From Antedon mediterranea (Eukaryota > Animalia > Echinodermata): DNA of 64,000 nucleotides. The translations under genes were made by a program, and so were the position numbers. Below the pieces are notes generated by a model. The model did no database searches, was not told the DNA's origin, and saw only the letters and a list, made by a program, of their open reading frames with translations. The stretch spans positions 8,680,001 to 8,744,000 of the forward strand of contig NC_092674.1 in assembly GCF_964355755.1 (NCBI RefSeq), given 5' to 3'. Positions within the stretch are counted from its first letter, which is position 1. Every line of letters starts with the position of its first letter. Shown piece after piece: positions 29,001 to 38,572 of the stretch.

Positions 29001-31498
29001 CAGGCTTTTCTTTTGGTAAAACTGATGGTAATAAAGCAGACTCAACAACTAGCAAGCCATCTGGGTTCTCTTTCGGCCAGACAAGTGACAGTAGTCAGCA
29101 ACCACCAACTGGTGGATTTTCATTTGTTGCTGATTCAAGTAAAACAGCATCCCCAGTCCAATCGAAAGCAGCACCTGCTGTCACTACTGATGTTACTGCT
29201 GAAAAATCAATGGTAAACAATTTCAATATTCTTTCAATATAATATATTTTGTTCCGTAAAACAATAATACTATTTTGCTTTGATGGCCAATTGGGAGATA
29301 ATTTCTTTTTGATGCGTCATGGTTCCGACAAAACACTTCCCAACTCTTTTATTATTTAGTACATAAATATAATACCTTTATTAATTATCTTAACACTTTT
29401 TAGACTTTAGCAGAACGATTAAAACCTAAACCAGGATCCTGGTCTTGTCCTACATGTTACTGCCAGAATTCTGCCGAACAGAAGAAATGTCCAGCATGCC
29501 AAACCTGCCAACCAGGTAGTCAACCAGAAGCATCTAGTTCAACTGCACCTTCTAGCAGTTCTTTCCAATTTGGCAGCAGTTCAGCTTTCGGACAGTTGCA
29601 AGGAAGTAGCCAAGAAGGTGCTGTGGCACCAACAACACCTACAAAGACTTTCTCATTTGGTTCTTCTGGAAAGGTATTGCCGCAATTCTCTTTTGGTGAA
29701 GGTGGTGAAACTACTGGCGCCACTTCAAAACCCGTCTCAACTGGATTTACCTTTGGGGCAACACCAGCATCCAGTGGATTCATATTTGGAAATAACCAGA
29801 ATCAAAATGCATCCGAAGAACAAGCTCTTGATCTTTCATCACCAAAAAAGACAGGCAGCCCAAGCTGTAAATTTTCAGAGATACCAAAATCATTCACCTT
29901 TCAATTCAAAATGGATCCTTATGAAGCAGCAAATGCACCACCAGCATCTCCAACAAAATCACCTGGTATTCAGCGATCACCTGGTCTAATCAAATCACCA
30001 GGTCTAGATAAGTCAGGAGATGATTCTTATTACAAAGATGATGACAATGATGGTCTGCATTTTGAGCCAGTTGTTCAACTTGATCTGGTGGAACTTACAA
30101 CCGGAGAGGAAGATGAAGAAGCAGAGTTTTGCCATCGAGCAAAGATGTATCGATATAACAAGGAAACCAATGAATGGAAAGAACGTGGTTTGGGTGATAT
30201 TAAAATACTAAGACATAAAGTAACTGGACTATACCGCCTTTTAATGAGACGAGAGCAAGTTCTGAAGTTATGTGCAAACCATTTCATTCTCCCAGAGATA
30301 GTTCTTCGGCCAAATTCAGGTTCTGATCGGTCTTGGGTCTGGACAGCAATGGATGCTTCTGATGATGGACAAGTCAAATCTGAATTGCTGGCAGTTCGTT
30401 TCAAGACTGCTGAGACTGCTACTGAATTCAAAGAAGCATTTGAAAATGCAAAGGAAGCTGTCAAGAAGATTAAGAGTATTAAGAAGTCTGAGCCAGCAGA
30501 AGTAAAAGAGACACAGGAGATAAATAAAGATGAAGTGAAGGAGATCGAAAATGAAGAGGTAACAGAAGACCAAAAAAGGGAGGAAGTTGAAGATGATGAA
30601 GAATATGAAGATGACGACGATTATGAAGACTATGATGATGAAGATGATGATGACAATGATGGTGAAGATGACAATGTTGATGAAGATGTAGAAGAGGAAG
30701 AAAAACCGAAAGAATCTCAGGAGGAAAAAAAATTAGAAAAGCAGGAAGAAAAACAGGAGGAAAAGCCAGGAAACACAAAAGATAATACTGCAGGTATTGT
30801 TTGTTATTCCTTACGTATTAAATGTAGTTGTATAAGCCTAATTCCATATTTTTTCTAAGCCAGATTGGTGTACATAACACTTTTATTTTAATGTTTTCTC
30901 TTTAGCTGCTGCTGCACCTAAATTAACATTCAGTTTCGGAATGGACTTTGCATCGGCAGTCAGAAAATCAATGAACGAAGATAAAACTAAGCCCAGCTCA
31001 ATATTCAGTCCTGAAAAGAATTCTGGTTCCAGTCCCAATAAAGGTTCTGATCAAGGATTTTATCCAGAAGAAGAACGGGATGATCTGCAGTTTAAACCAG
31101 TTGTCACCTTGCAAGAGGTGGAGGTAAAGACTGGTGAAGAAGAGGAAGAACAGTTGTTCTGTCAACGTGCTAAGCTTTTCCGTTGGAATCGTGACGAATC
31201 CCAGTGGAAAGATCGTGGCGTTGGAGAGATTAAGATCTTAAAACACAATGTCTTGAATCGATGTCGTATTTTAATGCGCAGAGATCAAGTATTGAAAATA
31301 TGTGCCAACCATATCATCACACCAGAGATGGAGTTAAAACCAAATGCAGGGTCTGACAGATCCCTTGTTTGGAACGCTATGGATGCATCTGAAATGGAAC
31401 CGCAATTGGAACAGCTGGCTGTAAGGTTCAAAACTTCGGATATTACTTCTGAATTTAAATCAGTCTTTGAAAAATGTCAAAAGAGTCCAACCAATTAA
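1275..31498 (+). CDS. RANBP2: RanBP2/Nup358 nucleoporin (E3 SUMO ligase), multi-exon, 5' end not located
   Basis: GT-AG exons read in a continuous frame: 1275-1500, 3206-3315, 12627-12689, 13065-13226, 13612-13772, 14210-14336, 14738-14882, 15249-15328, 15626-15767, 20505-20692, 21312-21490, 21808-21931, 22272-22387, 23342-23402, 23727-23864, 23987-24136, 24558-24788, 25030-25242, 25683-26937, 27251-27490, 27586-27690, 27798-28351, 28604-29212, 29404-30793, 30906-31498. Peptides match recalled RanBP2 motifs ([51 protein letters not shown], three WKE/DRG RanBDs, two W-x-C-x2-C-x3-N-x6-C-x2-C fingers). Confidence 0.95.
1898..3170. mobile_element. Non-autonomous hAT-like DNA transposon with internal poly-C tract
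   Basis: Imperfect TIR cagcgcatca / tgatgccctg, flanked by direct repeat gtatta; subterminal gagagc..gctctc repeats; poly-C at ~2033-2069. Confidence 0.6.
4369..6187. mobile_element. Non-autonomous hAT-like DNA transposon
   Basis: TIR cagggctcaattta / taaatcgagccctg, flanked by direct repeat acaag; subterminal gggctagt repeats. Confidence 0.65.
5340..6085. repeat. Foldback element with ~170-bp near-perfect inverted arms, nested in the hAT-like element
   Basis: 5340-~5510 is the reverse complement of ~5916-6085. Confidence 0.85.
6961..7131. mobile_element. MITE, possibly PIF/Harbinger-like
   Basis: TIR gggtctttcacacctgtt / aacaggtgtaaaagaccc. Confidence 0.6.
7229..9409 (-). mobile_element. 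Deleted DNA transposon, Sola2-like
   Basis: TIR gggcaattccatg / catggaattgccc with 4-bp duplication AGCT; many internal gtcactcgcattac motifs; basic frameshifted ORF remnant on the minus strand at ~7940-8140 ([20 protein letters not shown]). Confidence 0.6.
9414..9705. repeat. ~97-bp tandem repeat, about 3 copies; degenerate relatives at ~6690-7225
   Basis: Repeated ctcaggctccattcataatggtttaacctgatcaagtgaatatctcaaacttaattcgcaatgaatc. Confidence 0.8.
9727..9981. mobile_element. MITE with ~32-bp perfect TIRs
   Basis: ctgccgtactttgagaaaaggcattatctaca / tgtagataatgccttttctcaaagtacggcag. Confidence 0.75.
10924..11858. mobile_element. Non-autonomous Tc1/mariner (pogo/Tigger-like) element
   Basis: Perfect TIR ccgtatatttcggtgtataagtcgcac at both ends, TA duplication, repeated gtgtataagacgcacc subterminal motifs. 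Confidence 0.85.
12034..12169. mobile_element. Short MITE family; other copies near 3810-3890, 22414-23148 (interrupted) and 24200-24300
   Basis: TIR agctctgtctacactat / atagtgtagacagacct; shared core ggtagtgatatgacatcatcatgtccatata. Confidence 0.75.
15798..18994. mobile_element. PIF/Harbinger-like non-autonomous transposon carrying a nested Gypsy remnant
   Basis: ~30-bp TIR ggcgtcatctacaaattatttcagaccac / gtggtctgaaataatttgtagatggcgcc, TTA duplication, cagacgcgt subterminal repeats. Confidence 0.8.
17202..18056 (-). mobile_element. Internally deleted Gypsy (Gmr1-like) LTR retrotransposon ORF: gag fused to RNase H C-terminus
   Basis: Gag motif [37 protein letters not shown] joined directly to [33 protein letters not shown]-stop. 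On the minus strand a polypurine tract (aaaaaggggaa) is followed by TGTCA at 17101, the probable 3' LTR start. Confidence 0.85.
19421..20388. repeat. Minisatellite: 12 near-identical copies of an 80-bp unit
   Basis: Unit gttccacactccctaacagacaccgtctgacataagatcaatggactgttatgaattcctaccttggcaaggcaagctca; one substitution and one 6-bp insertion seen. Confidence 0.97.
20960..21261 (-). mobile_element. tRNA-derived SINE with L2-like 3' tail
   Basis: Minus strand: tRNA-like head with B-box ggttcgaattcc; central ccttaggcaagatact..cccaggtgtataaat; tail taagcgctatataaa plus (tta)n. Confidence 0.75.
22852..22922 (-). pseudogene. Degenerate tRNA-Val(AAC)-like sequence inside a 12-bp-TIR element (22508-23020)
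   Basis: Minus strand ggcttcttggcgtagtgattatcacgtttgcttaacacgcagaaggtacctgattcgagcccgggcgaaac resembles eukaryotic tRNA-Val AAC, with broken acceptor and T stems. Confidence 0.7.
25327..25530 (+). mobile_element. tRNA-derived SINE fragment
   Basis: A-box tggccgagcggttaag followed by a degenerate body (aggactataaaccg). Confidence 0.45.
25683..26937 (+). CDS. RANBP2: RanBP2 large exon, Pro/Tyr-rich and FG-repeat region
   Basis: Within the 423-aa ORF 25671-26942; CAG acceptor and G|GTTAG donor; FTFG/FSFG motifs. Confidence 0.9.
27251..27490 (+). CDS. RANBP2: RanBP2 exon with IR (internal repeat, SUMO E3/Ubc9-binding)-like motif and CPGCIGC
   Basis: [28 protein letters not shown] closely resembles vertebrate IR1 (recalled as [28 protein letters not shown]). 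Confidence 0.85.
27798..28351 (+). CDS. RANBP2: RanBP2 exon, Ran-binding domain 1
   Basis: [40 protein letters not shown] RanBP1-domain signature. Confidence 0.95.
28604..29212 (+). CDS. RANBP2: RanBP2 exon, zinc finger 1 plus FG repeats
   Basis: [28 protein letters not shown] followed by repeated FSFG. This frame is absent from the ORF track because it has no upstream start codon. Confidence 0.9.
29404..30793 (+). CDS. RANBP2: RanBP2 exon, zinc finger 2, FG repeats, RanBD2 and acidic tract
   Basis: [22 protein letters not shown]; [25 protein letters not shown]; D/E-rich run. Confidence 0.93.
30906..31498 (+). CDS. RANBP2: RanBP2 last coding exon, RanBD3
   Basis: [25 protein letters not shown]; TAA stop at 31496-31498. 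Confidence 0.9.
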
Positions 31499-33450
31499 AG
31501 TAAGTTGCTCATCATATACTCCTTATAGGCTCATTCACTAAAACACCTTTCCTACCCCATCAATGTTGCAATCAAAGTATGGCAATCCTTCATGATGAAT
31601 GTTTTCAAACACATTTGTGTTATAAATCTGTTTGATGTTTTTTTTTTTTCAGATATTGGAGATGGCAGATTGATAATGTTATGTACGATGACACCCCTTT
31701 TGACGTGTAGTAACCCATTATGTAACATAATTAATAGAAATAAATTGTGTAACAATGAAGATTATAATTATGTTACAATGTAACATCTTATTAAAACTAC
31801 TAAAATGCCAATCACAATGTTGCCTAGCAACTAAAGTATTTTGCATATTTATGATTTTGCATGATTTATATCCTGTGAATTTTTGAAGATTTATCAAGGG
31901 GGAAGAACGAATACCATAGTTAAAAGGTTCAATAACAATAAAAGAAAACAAACATGAACAATTAAAATGGTTATTGACATCACAGTGTATCATAGATGAC
32001 ACAAATTTGTTTCTATTCATATTGAGATAATAATATGAAATTCCATTTACGAAAAAAGGTTGCTTCATGTAAAGGAATGTTGTAGGTACTTACTCTGTAT
32101 AATAGCCTTGCTTTGAGTTAAGAGTAAAATCTATTATAGTTAAGAGCTCTTTCATATAATATTGTGATCTACTTTCTCTGTTACACTTACAGCTTTTTAT
32201 TTGTACTTTATTTTATATAGAATAAATATGAGTAATTTTGCCAATTAAACTTACTGGATGAAGTCTTATTTTTCGCATTCTTTTATAAATAGTATATAGA
32301 GTAAGTAGCAAGGGAACAAGTAGATAGCTTTTGATTTGATTATATCAATACACTATATAAAGAAAAAAAAGACAAAAGGAATATCATGTACATTGTATCA
32401 GTATCTATAATACTATGTACATTTTGGCGCTACTTTACTTTGGAATATGTACAGTACTATAGTTTAGTTTATGAATGATTATATTTTTGTTCTGTTCAGT
32501 AGGTCAGACTATATACAAATGTTTACTACTGATTAATTAATATAAATCATCATTTCTGAAGAAAGAACAATAATTAAAACTGTCAAAAAGTCGAGCTGCG
32601 TTTTAATTAAATTAATTATTATTTAAATATTTCTTGGGTTGAGCTCAAGCAATTGAGGTGCAAAATGGATGCGTGCCTCAACAAACTGTTTAAAGCTCAG
32701 GTACAGGCATGAATTTTAAATATAATATTTGGTTAATTGTACATAAATCAAATATGTGCAACATACATCATGACAAAAAAACATGAATTTCAATCAAAAT
32801 GGTAAAATAAAAAATTTAGAAAAATTCGGCTATAAAAACCATTTAGATAGTACTACCTGTAGTTAGGTAGTTAAACCTAATGTAATAACATGTCTGGTGA
32901 CTCTCTAGCAAGTGAAAAAATAAATGGTGGGTATACGGTGGATAATTTTTGCTATAGCACGAAAATAAAAACACCAGGAACGTAAAATTCAAGTTATATT
33001 ACGTATATTAAGCCATAACATTTTTTACCACACCGTTTATTTTTCATAGTATTTTAAAAATTCCTCTCTATTTACAACATTTGTGTACAAAAGAATAGAG
33101 ATTTTATCCCCCAACAAAGTGCTTATTTTCAACAAGATCCTGTAACACAAATAAAATTCCAAAAATTATGAAACATAATGATAATTATTGGAATGTATGA
33201 TCAATAGAAATGTTTTGCCCCACCTCACCTGGCCTTTAAATCTTTAATGAAAGGTTAATTATTAATTGATTTAGCGTTTATCAGAATGTATTTGTATAAA
33301 ATGAAAATAATTAGATGTAGGCCTATACAGTGATAATACCATGGAGCTATAACATTTTTAATTGTATTGCTCCATTGTAATACGTTTCGTATAATGATTT
33401 GATTATCATAGACTGAGTTTTGGCCAACTTGGCTTACCATAGTGTAACTT

Positions 33451-33473
33451 GGGAATTTCCAGAACAATGACGT
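33451..33473 (+). promoter_or_regulatory. NF-kB consensus site (GGGAATTTCC) plus adjacent CRE-like TGACGT upstream of TRIM copy 1
   Basis: Exact match to GGGRNWYYCC at 33451-33460; retained in the paralogous promoter at 44657-44666. Confidence 0.55.
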
Positions 33474-33953
33474 ATCACTACATTCTGATCCCTTTCCTGC
33501 CCACACTGTACTGTACTATACTTTAATCGTTCTGAGGGGAACCACCACCACTAGGCAGGAATTTATAAAAGTTTAAATTTCATTTCAAGGTAAGCCTATG
33601 TTATTTGGTAAAAAGATTTTAAGTTGTATTGTTATTGCTCCTGTTACCGGTCCTTCCCGTACTTCCAAATTAGTACTCTAGCCGAGTTTAGGCCTACATT
33701 TAGGCAGCGCCTGCTTAGACCCATCAAGGTATTACAGTAGTACTGTAGGCGTGCTAAACGACCGCAGTGTATGCAACGCCCAAATGATTCGCTAATCCGG
33801 CCAAATATTTATCATGTTTGGCTTTATATTTTTAACTATAAACGGTCTATATAAGCTATCTATGAGAACTAATAAATTAGTAATAATTAGGTTATTTATA
33901 ATAATAGTCTAGACCTACCTTACTTTTCACAGGATTTTTTCAACTGCCATGGG

Positions 33954-35473
33954 ATGGCATCTAAAGAATTGATTGAAGTAATTGATGCAGCAGCACTTGA
34001 GTGTCCTTTATGTATGAACCACTTCACAAGCCCAAAGATTCTAGCATGTGTTCATTCATTCTGTCTTGAGTGTCTTGAGAAATGGATGAAGAAAAGCAAT
34101 GGTGTACTCAGCTGCCCAACATGTCGTGAAGTCTGCCAGATTCCAGAAGGAGGACTTCAAAACTTGAAGAATAACATATTCATCAGTGGCTTGTTGGACT
34201 ATGTCACTACATTAGAAGAGAAGACCGCTCCAACTTGTAGTCTTTGTAGTACAGCAACATGTTTCTGCTGTCGAGATTGTGATGAACAAATTGCACGTCT
34301 TGCAGAGATATCCATGCAAAAATGAAGATATCACAACATCATCGCATCATCACGATGGAAGAATATACTGTTATCAACCCTGTGGAACATTTGGCTTCTA
34401 AATCTGTATATTGTTGCAACCATAATATGCCACTTCATTTCTTCTGTGGCAGCTGTAAGGTTCCAGTATGTGTAGGCTGTACATTAGTGGAACATCCAAT
34501 ATCTGATGGTCATAACATAATAAATATAGAAACTGCATTTGAGTCATTCGCAAAACTTTCAGAAAGTTTTATAAATAAAGCAGAAGAAAATTTGATTAAG
34601 TTTCATGACATTGCAAAGCAACTCAAAATAAAAGAGGAATTGGAAATGTCTAATTACAAAGAGTGTGAAGTAAAAATCACAGAAGAAGCTAACAAGGCAC
34701 ACCAATTGATTGATCGTTATAAGAAAGATCAACTCCAAGACCTTGAATCATCTCACCAACACAATCTTAAGTTAATCAGTGCCAATGAAAGTGAGGTTGA
34801 ATTGGCTATTGCTAAATTTTCTAGTACACAGGGAATTGTACGTACCTTGATACATAGCCCAAACCATGCTATGGCATTAAGATCAAGTTCTGATGTTACC
34901 AAACGAATGGACGAGCTTGTAGAACAAGATAACATTTCTGATGATATTCTCACACCAAATTTGGTGAAATATAAGAATACCAGATTTGAAGTGAAGACTG
35001 TTGATATTTTACATGGCAATGATGATTATGAAGCGATCATGACTTTACCAAAAGCCAGTCTAAAGACTGAAGATAGAATCAAAAACTGGTTATGGAAAGA
35101 TCTTGCCAAGTTGTGGACTTTCAACAAGGATACATATCCAAAGTGGAAAGAACATGAAGGTCATGTTGTCACATTTTGTCATACAAACTCTGGTAAGATG
35201 CAAATGTTAGTATTGAAAATTGAAATCTGTATTAGTCAGACAGTCACAGCAGACAGTGAGATGAAAGCAGTGAAGTCATCAGGACATGCCTGGGTCTGGA
35301 GTGATGCGGAAATGAAGAAATATGCACTCATATTCAAGGAGCCACAGTTCGCAAGAAAAATTAAAGATGATTTTGACGAGTATAAAAAGCTTGCTAATGA
35401 AGTAGAAGTAACAGCAAATGAGAAGCAGCAAACAAAGAAACAACCAAAAGAAACAAACAGAAAAGGTTTGTAA
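33954..35473 (+). pseudogene. TRIM-RanBD chimera copy 1: RING, B-box1, B-box2, coiled coil, diverged Ran-binding domain; one 1-nt frameshift near 34290
   Basis: C3HC4 RING (CPLC..CVHSFCLEC..CPTC) and B-boxes; the C-terminus aligns to RanBD1 (YEAIMTLP..KDLAKLWTFNKD..AWVWS). The two ORFs join if one base is restored (CDEQ-x-CTSCRDIH). Likely 5'UTR intron 33590-33932. Confidence 0.85.
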
Positions 35474-35599
35474 ATTTATTACTTTATTAAGTACCTTTAT
35501 CTCAAACCCATTGCTTAAACATAGAAAGGGGAGAGAGGGATGTTAAGTTAATGAATGAAATTCTATATTCACAAATTAATTAATCTATTTTAATCATTC

Positions 35600-38572
35600 T
35601 GTTCCGGACAGTCTACTAGTGGTACCACTGCCTCCTCTCGAACCACAAGCTTCCGATTTCGACAGACTAGTGTTTTGCCTACCTTTTCTTTTTGTAAAAC
35701 TACTACAGCTATAAAACCTTGCTTCTCTTGGCAGCCAACAACTGCTAGTGACAGCCAACAAACTACTGGAATTTCATTTGATGTTGATTCAACTAGTAAA
35801 GAAGTGCAACAGAAAGCATTACCTGATTCAGCTGGTGTTAATTTTGGCAAATCAATGGTAAATAAAATGTAACTTTCTTCCCAGATACAGTATGTTCTAT
35901 AAGATAATGGTGATGGTTTATTTTATAATTAATTTGAACTGTAGTTATTCAGAGATAATGACAGTCTTCAAAGGATTTCATATGTTACATTAATGTTTCT
36001 ATTTTAAACTTTTCCTGATTAAACTTTTCCTGACAAGTTCAAACCAAAAGTAGGAACATGGACATGCGACACTTGTCTTGTTAATAATGCTCCTGACACA
36101 GTTAAATGTCTTGCTTGTGCTACACTCAAACCAGGAGCAGCACCACCTCAATCAGCAGCTGCATCAACTAAACCTTCCGGAGCTACTGGATTCAGGTTTG
36201 TCGTTCCAACTAGTTCACCACAAACTTCAAAATTCAGTTTTGGTGCATGTTCTGGTGCATGTTCTGGTCCTGTAAATGATGTTAAATCTCAGTCTGGTTT
36301 TTCTTTTGGAAAGCCAGCAGATGTTGCAGACAGTAAATCTTCAGAATTTTATTTTGGACAGTCCACTGGTGGCTCATTCGGACAAGCTAGTGGTAAGCCT
36401 ACCTCAGGCTTTTCCTTTGGTAAATCTGATGATGGTAACAAAGCAAACTCAACAACTAGCAAGCCATCTGGGTTCTCTTTCGGTCATACAAGTGACAGTA
36501 GTCAGCAACCACCAACTGGTGGATTTTCATTTGTTGCTGATTCAAGTAAAACAGCATCCCCAGTCCAACCGAAAGCAGTACCTATTGTCACTACTGATGA
36601 TACTGCTGAAAAATCAATGGTAAACAATTTCAATATTCTTTCAATATATTTTGTTTCGTAAAACAATATCACTATTTTGCTTTGATGACCAATTGGGAGA
36701 TAATTTCTTTTTGATGTGCCATGCTTCCTACAAAACACTTCCCAACTCTTTTATTATTTAGTAAATAAATATAATACCTTTATTAATTATCTTAAAACTT
36801 GGTATTTCAGATTTTAGCAGAACGATTAAAACCTAAACCCGGATCCTGGTCTTGTCCTACATGTTACTGCCAGAATTCTACCGAACAGAAGAAATGTCCA
36901 GCATGCCAAACCTGCCAACCGGGTAGTCAACCAGAAGCATCTAGTTCAACTGCACCTTTTGGACAGTCCACTGGAGGTGCTTCCCTCCCCTCCACAGGCT
37001 TCTCATTCGGACAAGCTAGTAGTAAGCCTACCTCAGGCTTTTCCTTAGGTAAATCTGATGATGGTAACAAAGCAAACTCAACAACTAGCAAGCCATCTGG
37101 GTTCTCTTTCTGTCATACAAGTGACAGTAGTCAGCAACCACCAACTGGTGGATTTTCATTTGTTGTTGATTCAAGTAAAACAGCATCCCCAGTCCAACCG
37201 AAAGCAGCACCTATTGTCACTACTGATGTTACTGCTGAAAAATCAATGGTAAACAATTTCAATATTCTTTCAATATATTTTGTTTCGTAAAACAATATCA
37301 CTATTTTGCTTTGATGGCCAATTGGGAGATAATTTCTTTTTGATGTGCCATGCTTCCTACAAAACACTTCCCAACTCTTTTATTATTTAGTAAATAAATA
37401 TAATTAATTATTAATTATCTTAAAACTTTGTATTTCAGACTTTAGCAGAACGATTAAAACCTAAACCAGGATCCTGGTCTTGTCCTACATGTTACTGCCA
37501 GAATTCTGCCGAACAGAAGAAATGTCCAGCATGCCAAACCTGCCAACCGGGTAGTCAACCAGAAGCATCTAGTTCAACTGCACCTTCTAGCAGTTCTTTC
37601 CAATTTGGCAGCAGTTCAGCTTTCGGACAATTGCAAAGAAGTAGCCAAGAAGGTGCTGTAGCACCAACATCACCTACAAAGACTTTCTCATTTGGTTCTT
37701 CTGGAAAGGCATTTTCACAATACTCTTTTGGTGAAGGTGGTGAAACTACTGACGCCACTTCAAAACCTGTCTCAACTGGATTTACCTTTGGGGCGACACC
37801 AGCATCCAGTGGGTTCTTATTTGGAAATCTTTCATCACCGGAAAAGACCGGCAGCCCAAGTTGTAAATTTTCTGAGATACCAAAATCATTCACCTTTCAA
37901 TTCAAAATAAATCCTCAGGAAGCAGCAAATGTACCACCAGCATCTCCAACAAAATCACTTGGTATTATTCATTTTGAGCCAGTTGTTCAACTTGATCTGG
38001 TGGAGCTTACAACTGGAGAGGAAGATGAAGAAACAGAGTTTTGCCATCGAGCAAAGATGTACCGATTTAACAAGAAAACCAATGAATGGAAAGAACGTGG
38101 TTGCGGTGACATTAAAATACTAAGACATAAAGTAACTGGACTATACCGCCTTTTAATGAGACGAGAGAAAGTTCTGAAGTTATGTGCAAACCATTTCATT
38201 TTCCCAGAGATAGTTCTTCGACCAAATTCAGGTTCTGATCGGTCTTGGGTCTGGACAGCAATGGATGCTTCTGATGATGGACAAGTAAAATCTGAATTGC
38301 TGGCAGTTCGGTTTAAGACTGCTGAGACTGCTACGAAATTCAAAGCAGCATTTGAAAATGCAAAGGAAGCTGTCAAGAAGATTAAAAGTATTAAGAAATC
38401 TGAGCCAGCAGAAGTAAAAGAGACACAGGAGATAAATAAAGATGAAGTGAAGGAGATCGAAAATGAAGAAGGAACAGAATACCACAAAATGGTGGAATTT
38501 AAAGAAGATGAAGAATATGAAGATGACGACGACGATGATTATGAAATAATTAAATTTATCTTTGATTTATAA
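35600..38572 (+). pseudogene. Duplicated RanBP2 ZnF/FG/RanBD2 exons downstream of TRIM copy 1
   Basis: Degenerate FG exon ~35600-35857; ZnF1 exon 36023-36619 (acceptor AG mutated to AA); hybrid ZnF2/FG exon 36811-37248; ZnF2-RanBD2 exon 37439-38572 cut off in the acidic tract. Intron sequence is also duplicated. Confidence 0.85.

Noticed and set aside
28608-29216. 202-aa L/Q-rich ORF (also 51532-52143 and 36078-36623)
   Set aside because: Alternative-frame shadow of the ZnF/FG exon; the real frame encodes the zinc finger.
30075-30778. Minus-strand ORFs including a His-rich one (also 37987-38487 and 41524-41940)
   Set aside because: Antisense shadows of RanBD and acidic-tract codons.
32638-32706. 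Short exon-like segment (ELKQLRCKMDACLNKLFKAQ|GT), partly repeated at ~44440
   Set aside because: No clear acceptor, the paralog is frameshifted, and there is no recognisable domain; not supportable as a RanBP2 C-terminal exon.
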